From: Eledone cirrhosa
Lineage: Eukaryota
Direction: 5' to 3'
Assembly: GCA_964016885.1 (NCBI GenBank)
Contig: OZ024740.1
Location: forward strand, 180,296,001 to 180,360,000
Length of the DNA: 64,000 nt
Shown here: piece after piece, positions 39,356 to 54,286 of the stretch
Position numbering within the stretch: the stretch's first letter is position 1
Layout: every line of letters begins with the position of its first letter
Notes under the pieces: generated by a model
The model's input: only the letters and a program-made list of their open reading frames with translations
What the model was told of the DNA's origin: nothing
The model's database searches: none
Translations under genes and position numbers: made by a program

Positions 39356-40448
39356 GGCTGCAGAAAAAGCGAAATGAAGATAGCACTGTAATATTAAACG
39401 AGTAATTCATCAGATGTAATTAAATTCGATGTTTATAAATTTGGTTATTTGTAGATTTTATGTGCGAAAAGAAAATATTTCCTGTATGCAATTTATATGT
39501 CACGAGGCAATTATAAACTTAAGGTAACTAGATACCGGTTACACAGTTGTGATCCAATATAGATTCTATGATATAACAAACTGATATGCGCATTCATGCA
39601 ATTGGTATGCATGAAACAGTTCACTTCTACGTTTTCGACTGTAATTTGTAACTCTGTGCCATCAAAGGGAACATCTGAACCGAGGATTATCAGAATCTCC
39701 GTCACAAGAACGACATGACATATGTAAGCAAAATTATGTAAGCCTCTCGGTTAATATATACCCATCATGAATTTTTGACATTTGACAATCGTAATAATAT
39801 CTAATGTAAAAACAAAGCCTTAGTGCATGTATAGATTTTTCAAATATGTTTAACATCGAAGATACACTAATTTCACAATTTAACTGCATAGAGGATTTAT
39901 ATACACAAACACATACACACATGTAGATATCTATATACGAACGCATAAATAATACATACGTTCACAGACATACTCACTCTTATATGAGTATGTATATATA
40001 TATATAGATATATATAAATATACACACACACGCCCCCCCCCCCACACACACACACATACACACACCCACACCACACACACACACACATATGTATACATAT
40101 ATATATATATATATATATATATGGCGAATGTAGGTATATGTGTCTGAATGTGTTTGGGTGCATATGTGTGTATGGACTTGTAACTCCTGATGCAAACGTC
40201 GGGATGTTTAAACCTGCAGGAACTCATTCCTCATCACATCTAAACTATAACGATTCCTACCACAGATAAATTAAGAGAGAGGAGTGTGAGAAAGTGATAT
40301 AGCGAAAGAATAGATCGTTGTATTGAAACGTATTATATATTTATCGTCGTAAGGTTGAAAACAACGTCAAACTCGGACTTGACATCAAAGGGTAGAAAAC
40401 GACCAAAATACTGCGAAGCAATCTATCCGACTGTGAACATTCACCACC

Positions 40449-40525
<77 letters not shown>

Positions 40526-40722
40526 TCCTGTGATTATTGTAACATTCATAGGGAAGAAGGTGATAGAGTAACTCATCGACGAGACAAAAGCTTTATAGCT
40601 GACTTCATAAAATACAATGTTAAATATATTGTAATCATATATATTTCAATTAAATTTGTAATTTAAAAACATGCCACAAATAATATATGTACACACACAC
40701 ACACACACATGCCCACACATGT

Positions 40723-40792
<70 letters not shown>

Positions 40793-40809
40793 CGTTTCTG
40801 AATTTGTTT

Positions 40810-41065
40810 AGCAAGATGGCGTAGGACAGACAAAGGGGAGGCCCAAAATATAGAAAATAATCCCCAGTCACTGAACAGTTCACAGAATGTGTGACGAAAT
40901 AACTTTGACAATATATGAACAACCGTCTGGCTACGGAACCAACCAACCAACCGGAAATTTATAAATTCTTAAATTTATAAATTTAATTTATAATAAATCG
41001 GAGTGAAAGGAACTGGTGCGTGTGTTTCTTATTGGCAACATGACCCTCCCAAAGCTTAACAATAT
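40810..41065 (+). mobile_element. Solo pLTR fragment of the 27330-29950 PLE family
   Basis: Matches 29638-29892. The HHR core has decayed to CTGAACA. Confidence 0.85.
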
Positions 41066-41156
41066 ATATATATTTATATATATATATAAGTATGTACACG
41101 CACATACATATATGTATACAGACGTACAGTTGTATGTATATATATATACATACATG

Positions 41157-41188
<32 letters not shown>

Positions 41189-41386
41189 CGTATGGATTCA
41201 CCGAACATTTATTATAATGCTCGGTGTGTTTGTAAACAAACATCCCGTATTAAGCCGTAGTGTCTAGCAACCATCATTGCTCGGTGCACCCGGCCGATTA
41301 ACCCACTCGATATGCAAATTGGGCTACTCAGCCGTTAATATGCATAAGGTAAGTATATACGTTCAACAATCTGGCAGGAAGGTATA

Positions 41387-41427
41387 CGTTGCTGACGATA
41401 GCTAATAAGCTTGAAACTAGTACATCG
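41387..41427 (+). ncRNA. Minimal hammerhead motif with palindromic CTAG stem III
   Basis: CGTTG-CTGACGA-T-AGCT aata AGCT-T-GAAA-CTAG-TA-CATCG. It lies between inverted repeats 41090-41284 / 41450-41645. Confidence 0.72.
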
Positions 41428-41696
41428 TTCCTTTGTCAGTGTTGAACAAACGAGCAACGATGGTTGCTAGACACTACGGCTTAATACGGGATGTTTGTTT
41501 ACAAACACACCTAGCATTATAATAAATGTTCGGTGAATCCATACGTACATATATATATATGTGTGCAAGTATCTATATATATATATATATACATACTACT
41601 GTACGTCTGTATGCATATATGTATGTACGTGTACATACTTATATTTAAGTAACAGCCATACTAAGAATGGGAAATGAAATTTCGTTTCATTTTTCC

Positions 41697-41754
<58 letters not shown>

Positions 41755-43012
41755 TTCTATCGACTGATGATGTTAGAGTCATATTTTCGATTGTAGTGCC
41801 TCATCATGGATTTTGTCCTTCAGTGAAACAATTTCATCCACGTTGCTGTAATCCACTCAGGTGGCAATACGAATTTTACTTGCTATTCAAGTGACCAACA
41901 TTTTCAAACATTGTTTCCAATTGAATCTCTTTGTCAACTATTCCCGAGTAGATAGTTCTATTTATTGAAACAACTAGAGTAATCGTCCTCAAAAGCGACG
42001 GAAGCCCAACAGCAACAACATCGTATAGCAAAAGAGCTTTACACACACATCTGTGTGTGTCTGCGTAGGTATTACTGCTGCCTTATGTAACATAATTCAA
42101 CACATTTTGTCGGAATAATTTCCAAGTACTACCTACAGATCCTATGCATGTTCATGAATGAATATATCTAAATACAAGTAGATGACATAAGATTTCCAAT
42201 TCAGAACATTTTAGTCTTGGTCTGAATTTTGGAGGTGTTAGTAATACCGATTGGATGATGATGGCAGTAGGGACATTTTTAATGGTTCTGCTGGTGGTAA
42301 TATTGATGTTGATGATGGAGATATACTTTCAATATATAATATGAACTAGATAAAGAAAACACTATTTTATAGCATTGGAAATAGATATTCTCCAACTGAC
42401 AGATATGTGGATAAATGATTAAATTGCCTTTAGGCTCTTCGTAAACTTAAACTTCAAACTTAACGCAGAACAAGAAACTTATTCCAAAACTTTTAACAGA
42501 ATTGTATAAAAATATATAAATCTTAATATTCTTCAGATATTTTTATCTTTCCATCTAGTATAAATTCAACTATTATTTAATAGAATTTAAATATTTTTCT
42601 GGATAAACAAAAATCTATGAATATTAAATTACTGTTATTGACGGCTTTGCTGCATTTAAATTGTGAAACTGCATTTTTAAATTAAAAGGTTAACGAATTT
42701 GTATGGCATAAAGGAGAGATTTAAAGTGGTACAGTGTCGTTGTAGATACCACACACACACACACATATATATATATATAAATATATTTACATATGAAGGC
42801 GGCCAACCGGACTGGCAATTGCTAATATTTTTGGTCGCCTTCTCGTCTTGGAAATCTCTGCATTTCAGCCCCTTGGATTGTGTCTATTATATTCCTTTGT
42901 TAAATCTCGGAATACCTGATGATGTCACAGGATTCACACTGAACCCGGTCATTGAAATGTTCATACTATAATAAACCTTTAAGGAACTACACCAGTCCTG
43001 CCTCCTGTTATT

Positions 43013-43051
<39 letters not shown>

Positions 43052-43056
<5 letters not shown>

Positions 43057-43260
43057 AACGAGTAGGACCCCGACGGCTGAGCTCAAGCTGTTTCGACGGC
43101 TAATTGTGGACTAAAATTTTAGTCCAGAATTAGCGGTCGAAACGGCTTGAGCTCAGCCGTCGGGGTCCTACTCGTTCCTATTACCCATTCTACTACCCTA
43201 AGTATTGAGTACGTTGGTGCGTTATGGTCCACCTGGTTCCTTACCACATTTCCTTCGTTA
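43052..43260. mobile_element. Naiad pLTR end with terminal fold-back (palindrome 43052-43182)
   Basis: Centre GGACTAAAA|TTTTAGTCC. Homologous to 15645-15770. Flanked by (TA)n on both sides. Confidence 0.8.
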
Positions 43261-43753
43261 TATATATATATATATATATATAAAAGACGTAAAATAGGAA
43301 AATTATAGTAATTAACTTACTAAAGTTAATTACTATAATTTTCTTATTTTACGTCTTTTATATAATTGTTCTACATCTCTTTGTATTGAACCATAAAGTT
43401 ACTAATACAAAACCTATATCTTTGCTAGCGTAAGTATACATCTGTATAAATATGTTGGTAGATATACTAATTCTTTATAATTATCTCCAAATTATTTTGT
43501 TGAGCAAACATTTGCCTAAATTACTACTATGGTTCATAGTGTTAGTTTGGCTACTGTCATTTTAACACCCCACTGCTCACTGATTAACCTCGATGTCACG
43601 TGATTGATTCTTTTGAATTTACCACTGACCAGGAAGGAAGTGAAATTTTCAGTGTCTTGGAATTTAGTCCGTGCTTGCTTTTCTTCATCCCCTGAATTAT
43701 TTTTGTATAAGTTCCCTGTGTCCGCGTATTGCCAGGAATCTTAGCCGAGAATG

Positions 43754-43835
43754 ACTCCCTGATGAAGAAAGTATTATCCATGGTCTGGATTTGGAGACTA
43801 TGTATATCCCCTTTCAGAAACTAATTAGTTGGAGT
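43754..43835 (+). ncRNA. Type I hammerhead motif, same family as 352-572
   Basis: ACTCC-CTGATGA-AGAAAG...CTTTCA-GAAA-CTAATTAG-TT-GGAGT. Confidence 0.75.
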
Positions 43836-44740
43836 GAAATTTAAGTAAGTTAATTACTATAATTTTCTTATTTTACGTCTTTTGTCTTGAACCACAAAGT
43901 TACTAAGACAAAACCTATATCTTTGCTAGCGTAAGTATACATCTGTATACATATGTTGGTAGATATACTAATTCTATTCCAATTGAGTTCTAGCACGTGG
44001 CCTGAATTCCTTTTAGAATTCATCGCCTTGCGCATGTATTGTTTTTTTGGCGGTAATATACTTCCTCATTTTTGAATCAGTTTGAGTATTTCTTTAGAAC
44101 TGCTGGAGTAGCAACCTAACAGATACCTCAGACACTGATGGTGATTATCGCTAAGTACTGATATTGGTTAGATTATCAATATTAGTATTATTGGGCACCC
44201 ACTGTGGAATTATAAGAGTTCACTTGAATTTATATCTGTGGATCGTATACAAGCTCCTACATAAATTGGTATAATGTCACCAAAATTGTAGGAACCTTAT
44301 AATGAAACGAAACGTCTATCTGGGAAGAGATATGTTCGATATGTCTCATATGAAATAATACGGCCAATTTTCCACACAAAACATTTAGTTAGCACCCTGA
44401 ACGCTTAATTAGGAATATACTAACTTATTTCCTAATGTTTGTTGAGTGAGTTGGAATTTGGCCGGAGTATCGCTAAAAGCTTTCTCCGATAATGTATTTA
44501 TATATATATATATATAATTAATGTTAGGTGTTTTAAATAGACCGTATTGCAAAACAAATCACTCAACGTTATGCGTATTAGCCTACACATATGTAGTATT
44601 TCTTGGTTGGTGCAAGAAGTGACATAATTACTTCAACGAAAAAAGCAGGCCGGATTCTAATTAATACTTTAATCACTATACGTATTTCTGCAATATTAAA
44701 TGAATATGTGGAATCCGTCTTTCCTTTTTTATGGATATAT

Positions 44741-47700
44741 TTTCTAAGGCGGGTAAAATTCCCGAGATCCATGGACGAGTTCTCTCCAGCGGTCTCTGTC
44801 CCTCATTATCGCTGCCATGTCCTGCGTCTCCAACAGACCAGTGTCTGTCCTTCGGTCATCAACATACGTTAACCTTGGTCTTCCTCTTCTAGTGTGTCCA
44901 TGTAGGGGCTCGCAAGGGAGCACTGAGTGCAATGTCAACTCTGGATGTCGGTGAGCATATCCAGCCAACCTCAGTCTCCTCTGTGTCACTTTTGAGCTGA
45001 CTTTTGGGATGCTCCCATACAGCTCTGAGTTTTTCATCCTCAGTGTATACTAATTAATGTTCAGAGCCATCCTCAGCATTCTCGTGTAGCACCCATCCAC
45101 CATCTGAGTGAGTTTCTTAGTCAGTGTCCAAGTCTCAGACCCATACAGCAGCACAGACTCCACTACAGCAATGAACAGGCGAATTTTCAGGTCTTTACGA
45201 AGGTCCGACTCCCACACCGATCTCAAACTGTGGCACGCCGCCCAGGCCTTGCTTTTCCTCTCAACCACATCATCTTCCGTATTCCCAATCTTTGCTCCCA
45301 AATACAGGAAGCCCTCAACCAATTCTAGCGGCTTCTCGCCCACATTAGTGATCCCCTCTGGCTTCTCACAATTCTCTACCAGATATTTTGTTTTAGTCTC
45401 ATTCATTCTCAGCCCCACACTCATCGGCACAGTCTCAACCTCCCGCATCAAATCCTCTGCCTCCTTCTCTGTATTTGTCACCAAAACTATGTTGTCGGCA
45501 AATTCAGCATCCGATACCTTTTTCGCCCTAACTCTCCTGCTCTGAGCCGGTGCAACAGTAAAGCCAGAGTCCTGGTGTTTCTCCAGTGCAAGGCGCATAC
45601 AATAGTCCACCACGATGATAAAAAGATAGGGAGACAATGTATTTCCCTGGAGCACTCCAGCCAGTGTCTCAAAGAACTCTGTCATCCCATCAGGTGTAAT
45701 GACTTGGGCTTTGGTGTTGGTGTAGAGCAGTGATATCAGGTCCACTATCTTCTTGGGGATTCCATAAGCCTGTAAGATCTTCATCAGGCAGTAACGGTCC
45801 AAAGAATCAAAGGCCTTCCTAAATTCAATAAAAACCATGACTGCAGGAAGGCACTTTTCTCTAGCTCCCTCTAATATTCTCCTCAGCATCAGGATGTGAC
45901 TGGTGGTTGATCTACCCTCTCTGAAGCTGTTCTGGTTGTCCCTGAGCTTCTTCTCCATCTCAGGCTGGATCCTGTTAAGAATCACCCTGTTGAGGGTCTT
46001 TCCCACAAGTGACGTCAGTGAGATCCCCCTGTAGTTGTTGGTGTTAGAGAGATCTCCCTTATTTGGCGCTGGGACGATATTACTGATCCTCCACTGATTC
46101 AGGGCAACTCCTTTCTCCAGTGCCCCGTTACAGAACCCCAGGATGATATCATCAAAATCACACCTCTTCATCACCTCTGATGCCACTCCATCTTCTCCAT
46201 GAGCCTTGCCCTCCTTGATCCTCTTCTTGGCTCTCTGAAGCTCCTCTCAGGTGAGGGGCTCTGTCTCAACATCCAGTTCCTCAAACAGCCGCCTGATCTC
46301 CCCAGTGCTCTGGGCTGTGGAGGGTGGCTCTCCTAGTAGGGTCCTAAAATGGTCTAGCCATTTCCTCTTCCTATCCTGGGCCCCGTTCCCTGGAACTGAC
46401 TCGAACACCTTCTCTTCCTTCCTGTGATCTCTTTGATGATCATCCAGCTCTCCTTACATCCAGATCTGTCAACTGCTATCTCCACACTTCTGATCTTCTC
46501 TAAGAGTGCCTCCTCTCTGACCTCAGTGTAAGCGGTACAGAGTTCTACCCTCATCACCTCCACAGTCTCCATCCCCTCCTCCGTAGGATCAGCATAGAAT
46601 TGGTCCTTGGCAGCCTTCGGGTGTTCTCTGGCTGCACACACTTTTAGGTTTGCAGAGTTGACGTGCTTCCTTTTGTTCTTTTTCCTCGGCACCAGGGTTT
46701 CACTTGCATCCACCACTGCATTGGTGAAGTGCCCGTACCACCTCGTCACACTCTCCTCAGTCCATCCAATCTCTCTCTCCTCTGACTCTCCACACAGAGC
46801 ACTAAACCTGTTTCTCACTTCCACTGTGAACCTCTCCTGTAGCTTATCATCTTCCTTGAAAGCTCCCCAGTCATATATTGCTCTCCGGGGCCGAGGCTTG
46901 CTCTTTCTTAAGCTCACCCGGACCTCACTCATAACAAGCCGGTGCTCACTACCCAGTGTACTGAAATAGTTGTATGGTTCTGTGTTCAGAACACTATTCC
47001 GCCACTTTTTCCTCACCAGAATGAAATCAATCTGGGACTTGGATAGGTGCATATCTGAGATGTAGGTCCACATCTTCCCCAGATTCTTCCTAAACCTTAG
47101 GTTAGTCGCCATCAAGTTCGCCTCCAGCAGGGTGTCTCTCAGTAGTCTTCCATTTCGGTTGGTGTTGTTATGGAAGTACCAGAAAGGATCTTCACTGCCC
47201 TCTTTACTCAGATGTGCATTGAGGTCCCCCAAAACAAGCAGGACATTGTGTGCCTGAGTGGTCTTGACAACTCTACACACCTCCTCATGGAACTCTTCCG
47301 CACTCACATCGCTGTCCCCCTCGGTTTGACTATAGGCTGAGATGACTGTCAGTCTTGGGTTTCCATTGAAGGTCACCCTCAACACTCGCGGGGAGATAGG
47401 TATTATTTCCCTCACCAACAAATTGGTTCCTGCACTGATCACAAAACCCACTCATCCTACTGCAGCATTTGTTGTGTTCTTCACTGCCGATGTAGTGATG
47501 AGCTGGCTCCTCTTCCCGATCATCATACTCCTCACGGGCTCATCGTGTAGGATCCTATGTTCTTGGATCGCAAGTATCTGTATACCACTCTCCTCAAACA
47601 GATGTCCCAACTCCTCTCTCTTCTCCAGCGTCCGAATAGTCGTCACATTCAAAGTGCCCATTTTGATGACTCTTCTGCAGGACAAAACTGCATTCTTTAT

Positions 47701-48052
47701 ATTTGTCTCAGAGACAGCTGATCCATCATCCACTGGCCCTCTCTGTGGCTCTAAGCCAGCAAAGTCATAACGACCAGGCTGCTCCTTGACAGTGTAATTA
47801 GCGGCTCTAACCCTAGTGATGTTAGATCGACTCTCCATATTTCTTTTCAAAAGGCTGGCAATACCTTACCGGCGCCACTCGAATAAGGTAGTTATTTAAC
47901 CCATAAATGGAGCCCCAACAGGTACTACCACCCCGGGCCAGGACAGACCTGGGAGTCATGACAACTAAGGGGTAACTCCACATTCCCCACTACTCCTGAA
48001 CTCCCGAACTGGAGCCTCGCCACTGGATGTAGTTTAATGTCATACCCAGGAC
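44741..48052 (-). mobile_element. RTE-clade LINE, near full length, frameshifted
   Basis: AP endonuclease (GTLNVTT, ILAIQEHR, VLGDLNAH, SQIDFILV) and RT (NYRGISLTS, GVLQGNTLSPYLF, EFADNIVL, ESVLLYGSETW). Flanking 10-bp direct repeat ATGGATATAT at 44731-44740 and 48053-48062. Confidence 0.93.
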
Positions 48053-48054
48053 AT

Positions 48055-48130
<76 letters not shown>

Positions 48131-48224
48131 ATAATAATAAAGTTGAAGACTAAAATCCAAAGAGGGCTCGATAAGGATAATAATATATCAAATATATAAG
48201 AACCGTAGAGCAAATATTTATTAA

Positions 48225-50506
<2,282 letters not shown>

Positions 50507-50520
50507 CTAAGTTTTCATTA

Positions 50521-50668
50521 GAAGAAGAAGAAGAAGAAGAAGAAGAAGAAGAAGAAGAAGAAGAAGAAGAAGAAGAAGAAGAAGAAGAAGAAGAAGAAGA
50601 AGAAGAAGAAGAAGAAGAAGAAGAAGAAGAAGAAGAAGAAGAAGAAGAAGACGAAGAAGAAGAAGAAG
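50521..50668 (+). repeat. (GAA)n microsatellite
   Basis: Seen directly; about 49 units with one interruption. Confidence 0.97.
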
Positions 50669-51808
50669 ACAGTTTCTATCTGTTTATCTATTAGTTTTTA
50701 TATATAGGTATCATTAAATATAAGCAAAAACGTAAGTGTTTTGTGTCAAGATTAAAAATGTTACTACTTGGACAATTCATTTTTCTTCTTCATTGTTACG
50801 TAGTGCACATTTTAAGACATTATTCGGAAATGTTGGTACCTGGTCTTCAGTTATACAGACTTTAAGATATTTGGTTTTGTTTAAAATTTCTGCTGTCATT
50901 GAAGGCGTTTGTAATAATTGTCTAAATAGACAATGTGAAGAAAGCATTTGACATTCCTCTTGAACATATGTAATGTCACACATGGTTAAAAAGTATGTGA
51001 TAGGCATAATCTAAGACCTGTTATGCTGTGTAAAACAAGGACACATAAATTATTTGTTCAGGGCTTGGAAGTTACTTCTGTCCTCTTCCCAATATGGTGT
51101 GAGATATGAGCTGCTATTATATCATAATTGAATATACTTAGTTGGATAAACAGTATATTAACTAGTTATTTCAAAGTAATTGCCGTATTCCTTCAGTTTT
51201 ACTTTCTTAACTTCAATCATCTCGATTGCATCATTTATATTACGCATCTTAAATATAGCTAAAGTAATCCTTATATGGATAAAAAACAATAATAAGGATT
51301 TGCCAAATCACTAGTTAGATTTGAAAGCCTGAAATTTCTCTGATATATCTATGAATATTTTATTTTTCCAAAACTACCATTTTATTATATCTAAATTTAT
51401 TACTAATCTAATAATTTTCTCAAAATATAACATACGTACATACGGATTTAAGAAACACATGTATTCTAAATTCATTGATTATTCTGCTGACATCTCCCAA
51501 ATGTTCGATTTATATTAGGTTTTAGGTTAAAACCTGATATTTCGTCTAAAAATCTATTGCATGCTAACACGAAATCAATAAATATTCTCTTATTTTAGAG
51601 ATCATACTGTGCTAACATGAATATATATGAGCATAAATTACCGGCATTTATGGCTCTTTTCATACCATAACTATTAAATATTTACGAAATATAATTTCAA
51701 AACATTCAAGTAAATCATGTTTATAAATTCTATGACTAAAAGTAGGATGATTTGAAAATAATTCGCAATCTGGCCCTGTATGAAATTATTATTATTATTA
51801 TTATTATT

Positions 51809-54019
51809 TTTTGAGTCTCAGTCATTGATGTTAGTTAATTGGAAAGTTTGTTGAAATGAATATCAAGCCACTACCTGCAGGACGTATCGGAGTGTTCTTG
51901 CTGTTCCCAGCAAGCATGCCTTTTGGAGCGTTCCAAAAAGCGTGAAGGGACTAATTTTCTTTAACCATCCCTGGAAACTTTTTGAGATAGTCCCTAGTGC
52001 ACCTATGACAATAGGGATCACTTTGACTTCATGGCAGTTCCAAATCCTTTTTACCTCCCACTTTAAGTCCTGGTATCGGTTAATTTTCTCCCTCTCCTTC
52101 TCTTGCACTCTCGTGTTAAATGGGTAGGCCACATCCACAATTAGGCACGATCTTTTTTCCTTAACCGAAACCACCAGATCAGGTCTATTGTGTTCCAGTC
52201 TCTTGTCCGTCTGTATCCTAAAATCCCACAGCACCTTCACCTGATCGTTTTCTATCACCGACTCTGGATTATGCTCATACCACTTCTAAGAATGTGGTAA
52301 ATTGTTTACTTAGCATAGGTGCCAGTGGATCACCCTGCCCATCACATCATGTCTCCAGCCCTTATAGTGAGTCTGGGCTAGGTGTTTACACTCGGATACT
52401 ATGTGAGACACAGTCTCCTCTCTCCACAGATCCTGCACAGTGGGCTAGCCTCCTCCTTGTAAATATGGTGTTTCAACCACTTCGTTTTGAGGGCCTGCTC
52501 TTGCGCAGCCATTAGCATTCCTTCTGTAGCCTTTTTAAGGTCTCCTCTTTTCAACCAGTTCCATGTCTGTGGATCTCTGAATTCAGTTGTCTCAAAGAAG
52601 GTAATATGAAGGGATTTTTCAAGAAGGCTGCTCTTTCTCCTTGTTGTTATTTCCTCCTTGGACATCCCCTGGTCTATTGTCCTCTCATTCAGTACAATTC
52701 TAAATTCTGAGCATTGGCTCATTACTATCAGTCACGTATTTGTTTAGGTTGTTTTTCTCCATCTGAACACAGTCCTCTATGCTGATAAGACCTCTTCCAC
52801 CTTCAGATCTCCTTCAGTAGAGTCTATCGACATAACTCCTCTTGTGGAACATGTTGTAGATAGTCAATAGCTTCCTAGTCTTACTATCCATTTCTTTTTG
52901 TTCAGCAACATTCCATCTAAGAATTCCCGCACTGTACCTAATAATAGACACAGCTCGGGAATATACTGCACTTATGGCATTCCTTCTGTTCATATGTGAC
53001 TTTAATACGCTCCTTACTCTCCGAATGTTTTCAGATCTTATCAATTCCTTCATTTTTTTTGTTCTTGATGTCATCAGCCTCCAGAACACCCAAATACTTG
53101 TATCCTTCTTCAGTGTCAATTTCCTTTATCATTTCACCTGTTGGTACCTGGATTTCGTTGCTTCTGCTCAATTTACCCCTCTTCATCACAAAGACTCCAC
53201 ACTTACTAATACCAAATTTTATACATATATCCTTGCTGAAAATCCGGACAGTGTCAACATAAACATCCATCGCATTCTCACACTTCCCGAAGAGCTTAAG
53301 ATCGTCCAAGAAAAGGAGGTGATTGATGGTAAGCTCTCCCTCTCCCAACTTGTATCCTGCTCTCACTTTTAGAAGTATAATGGTCAGGGGCAACAGGGCA
53401 AGGACAAACAACAGAGGGGACATACTATCTCCCTGGAAGATACCTCTCTTGATCTTCACGCCTCCCAAGGATTCTCCAGCTGATGTTACCTCTGTTTTCC
53501 AGGTCTTCATACTTTTGCCCAACAACTGTCTGATGTTATCTGACACCTTGAAGATCTCTAGGCTTTTGGTGATCCAAGAATGAGTCACCATGTCAAATGC
53601 CTGTTTGTAGTCTATCCATCCCATGGCAAGACCAGTGTGTCTCTTCTTGCAATTCCTCATTACCATCTTATCAATAAGTAACTGGCCCTTTGTACCACGG
53701 GACTTCTTTCGGCATCCTTTCTGTTCGTCCGGTAACAAGTTGTTTGTGTGGAGGTGATGGTAGATTTCCTCAGTCATAATGCTTGTCAACAGTTTCAACA
53801 TTACGGACAGACATGTGATAGGTCTATAGTTGGTAATATCAGTACCCTTGATTCGTTCTTTCATTACCAGAACTATGGTACCTTTTGTTAACCACAATGG
53901 TACCTCACCTGACATCAAGCAGTCATTGAACATGGTTGTCAGTTTCGGGTGGATGGATGTTATATTTGTAATCCAATACCCCTGCACACCATCTGGGCCT
54001 GGTGATTTCCAGTTGGTTA

Positions 54020-54020
<1 letters not shown>
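51809..54020 (-). mobile_element. R4/Dong-type non-LTR retrotransposon (RT, CCHC finger, restriction-like endonuclease), 5'-truncated
   Basis: RT: NYRPITCL, WIDYKQAFDMV, GIFQGDSMSPLLF, HLLFLDDLKL. Finger: CRICGE. RLE: RPDLVV..LIVDVAYP..KEREKINRYQDL. (TAA)n on both flanks. Confidence 0.92.
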
Positions 54021-54087
<67 letters not shown>

Positions 54088-54089
<2 letters not shown>

Positions 54090-54286
54090 CTTGAATCTCA
54101 GTCATTGATGTTGGTTAACTGGAAAGTCCGTTGGAATGAATATCAAGCCACTACCTGCAGCCTCAGATATTCAGGACGTATCGGAGGGTTCTTGCTGTTC
54201 CCAGCAAGCATGCCGTTTGAAGCGTTCCAAAAAGCGTGAAGGGGCCGATTTTCTTTAACCATCCCTGGAAACTTTTGGAGATAGTC
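54088..54286 (-). mobile_element. Second, short 3' fragment of the same R4/Dong-type element
   Basis: Matches 51810-51992 apart from a ~14-bp indel. Followed on its own strand by (TAA)n 54021-54087. Confidence 0.9.

Noticed and set aside
42914-42972. CTGATGA...GAAA-TGTTCA-TA hammerhead-like string
   Set aside because: Stem I pairing is poor and there is no second copy in the window; left as unsupported.
43980-44480. Minus-strand IYVG..R string suggesting a GIY-YIG relic
   Set aside because: A single short motif; not distinguishable from chance.
50840-51272. Possible minus-strand host exons (QLLQTPSMTAEILNKTKYLKVCITEDQ; ITLAIFKMRNINDAIEMIEVKK)
   Set aside because: AG/GT boundaries are plausible but no protein was recognised; RNA-seq or homology is needed.
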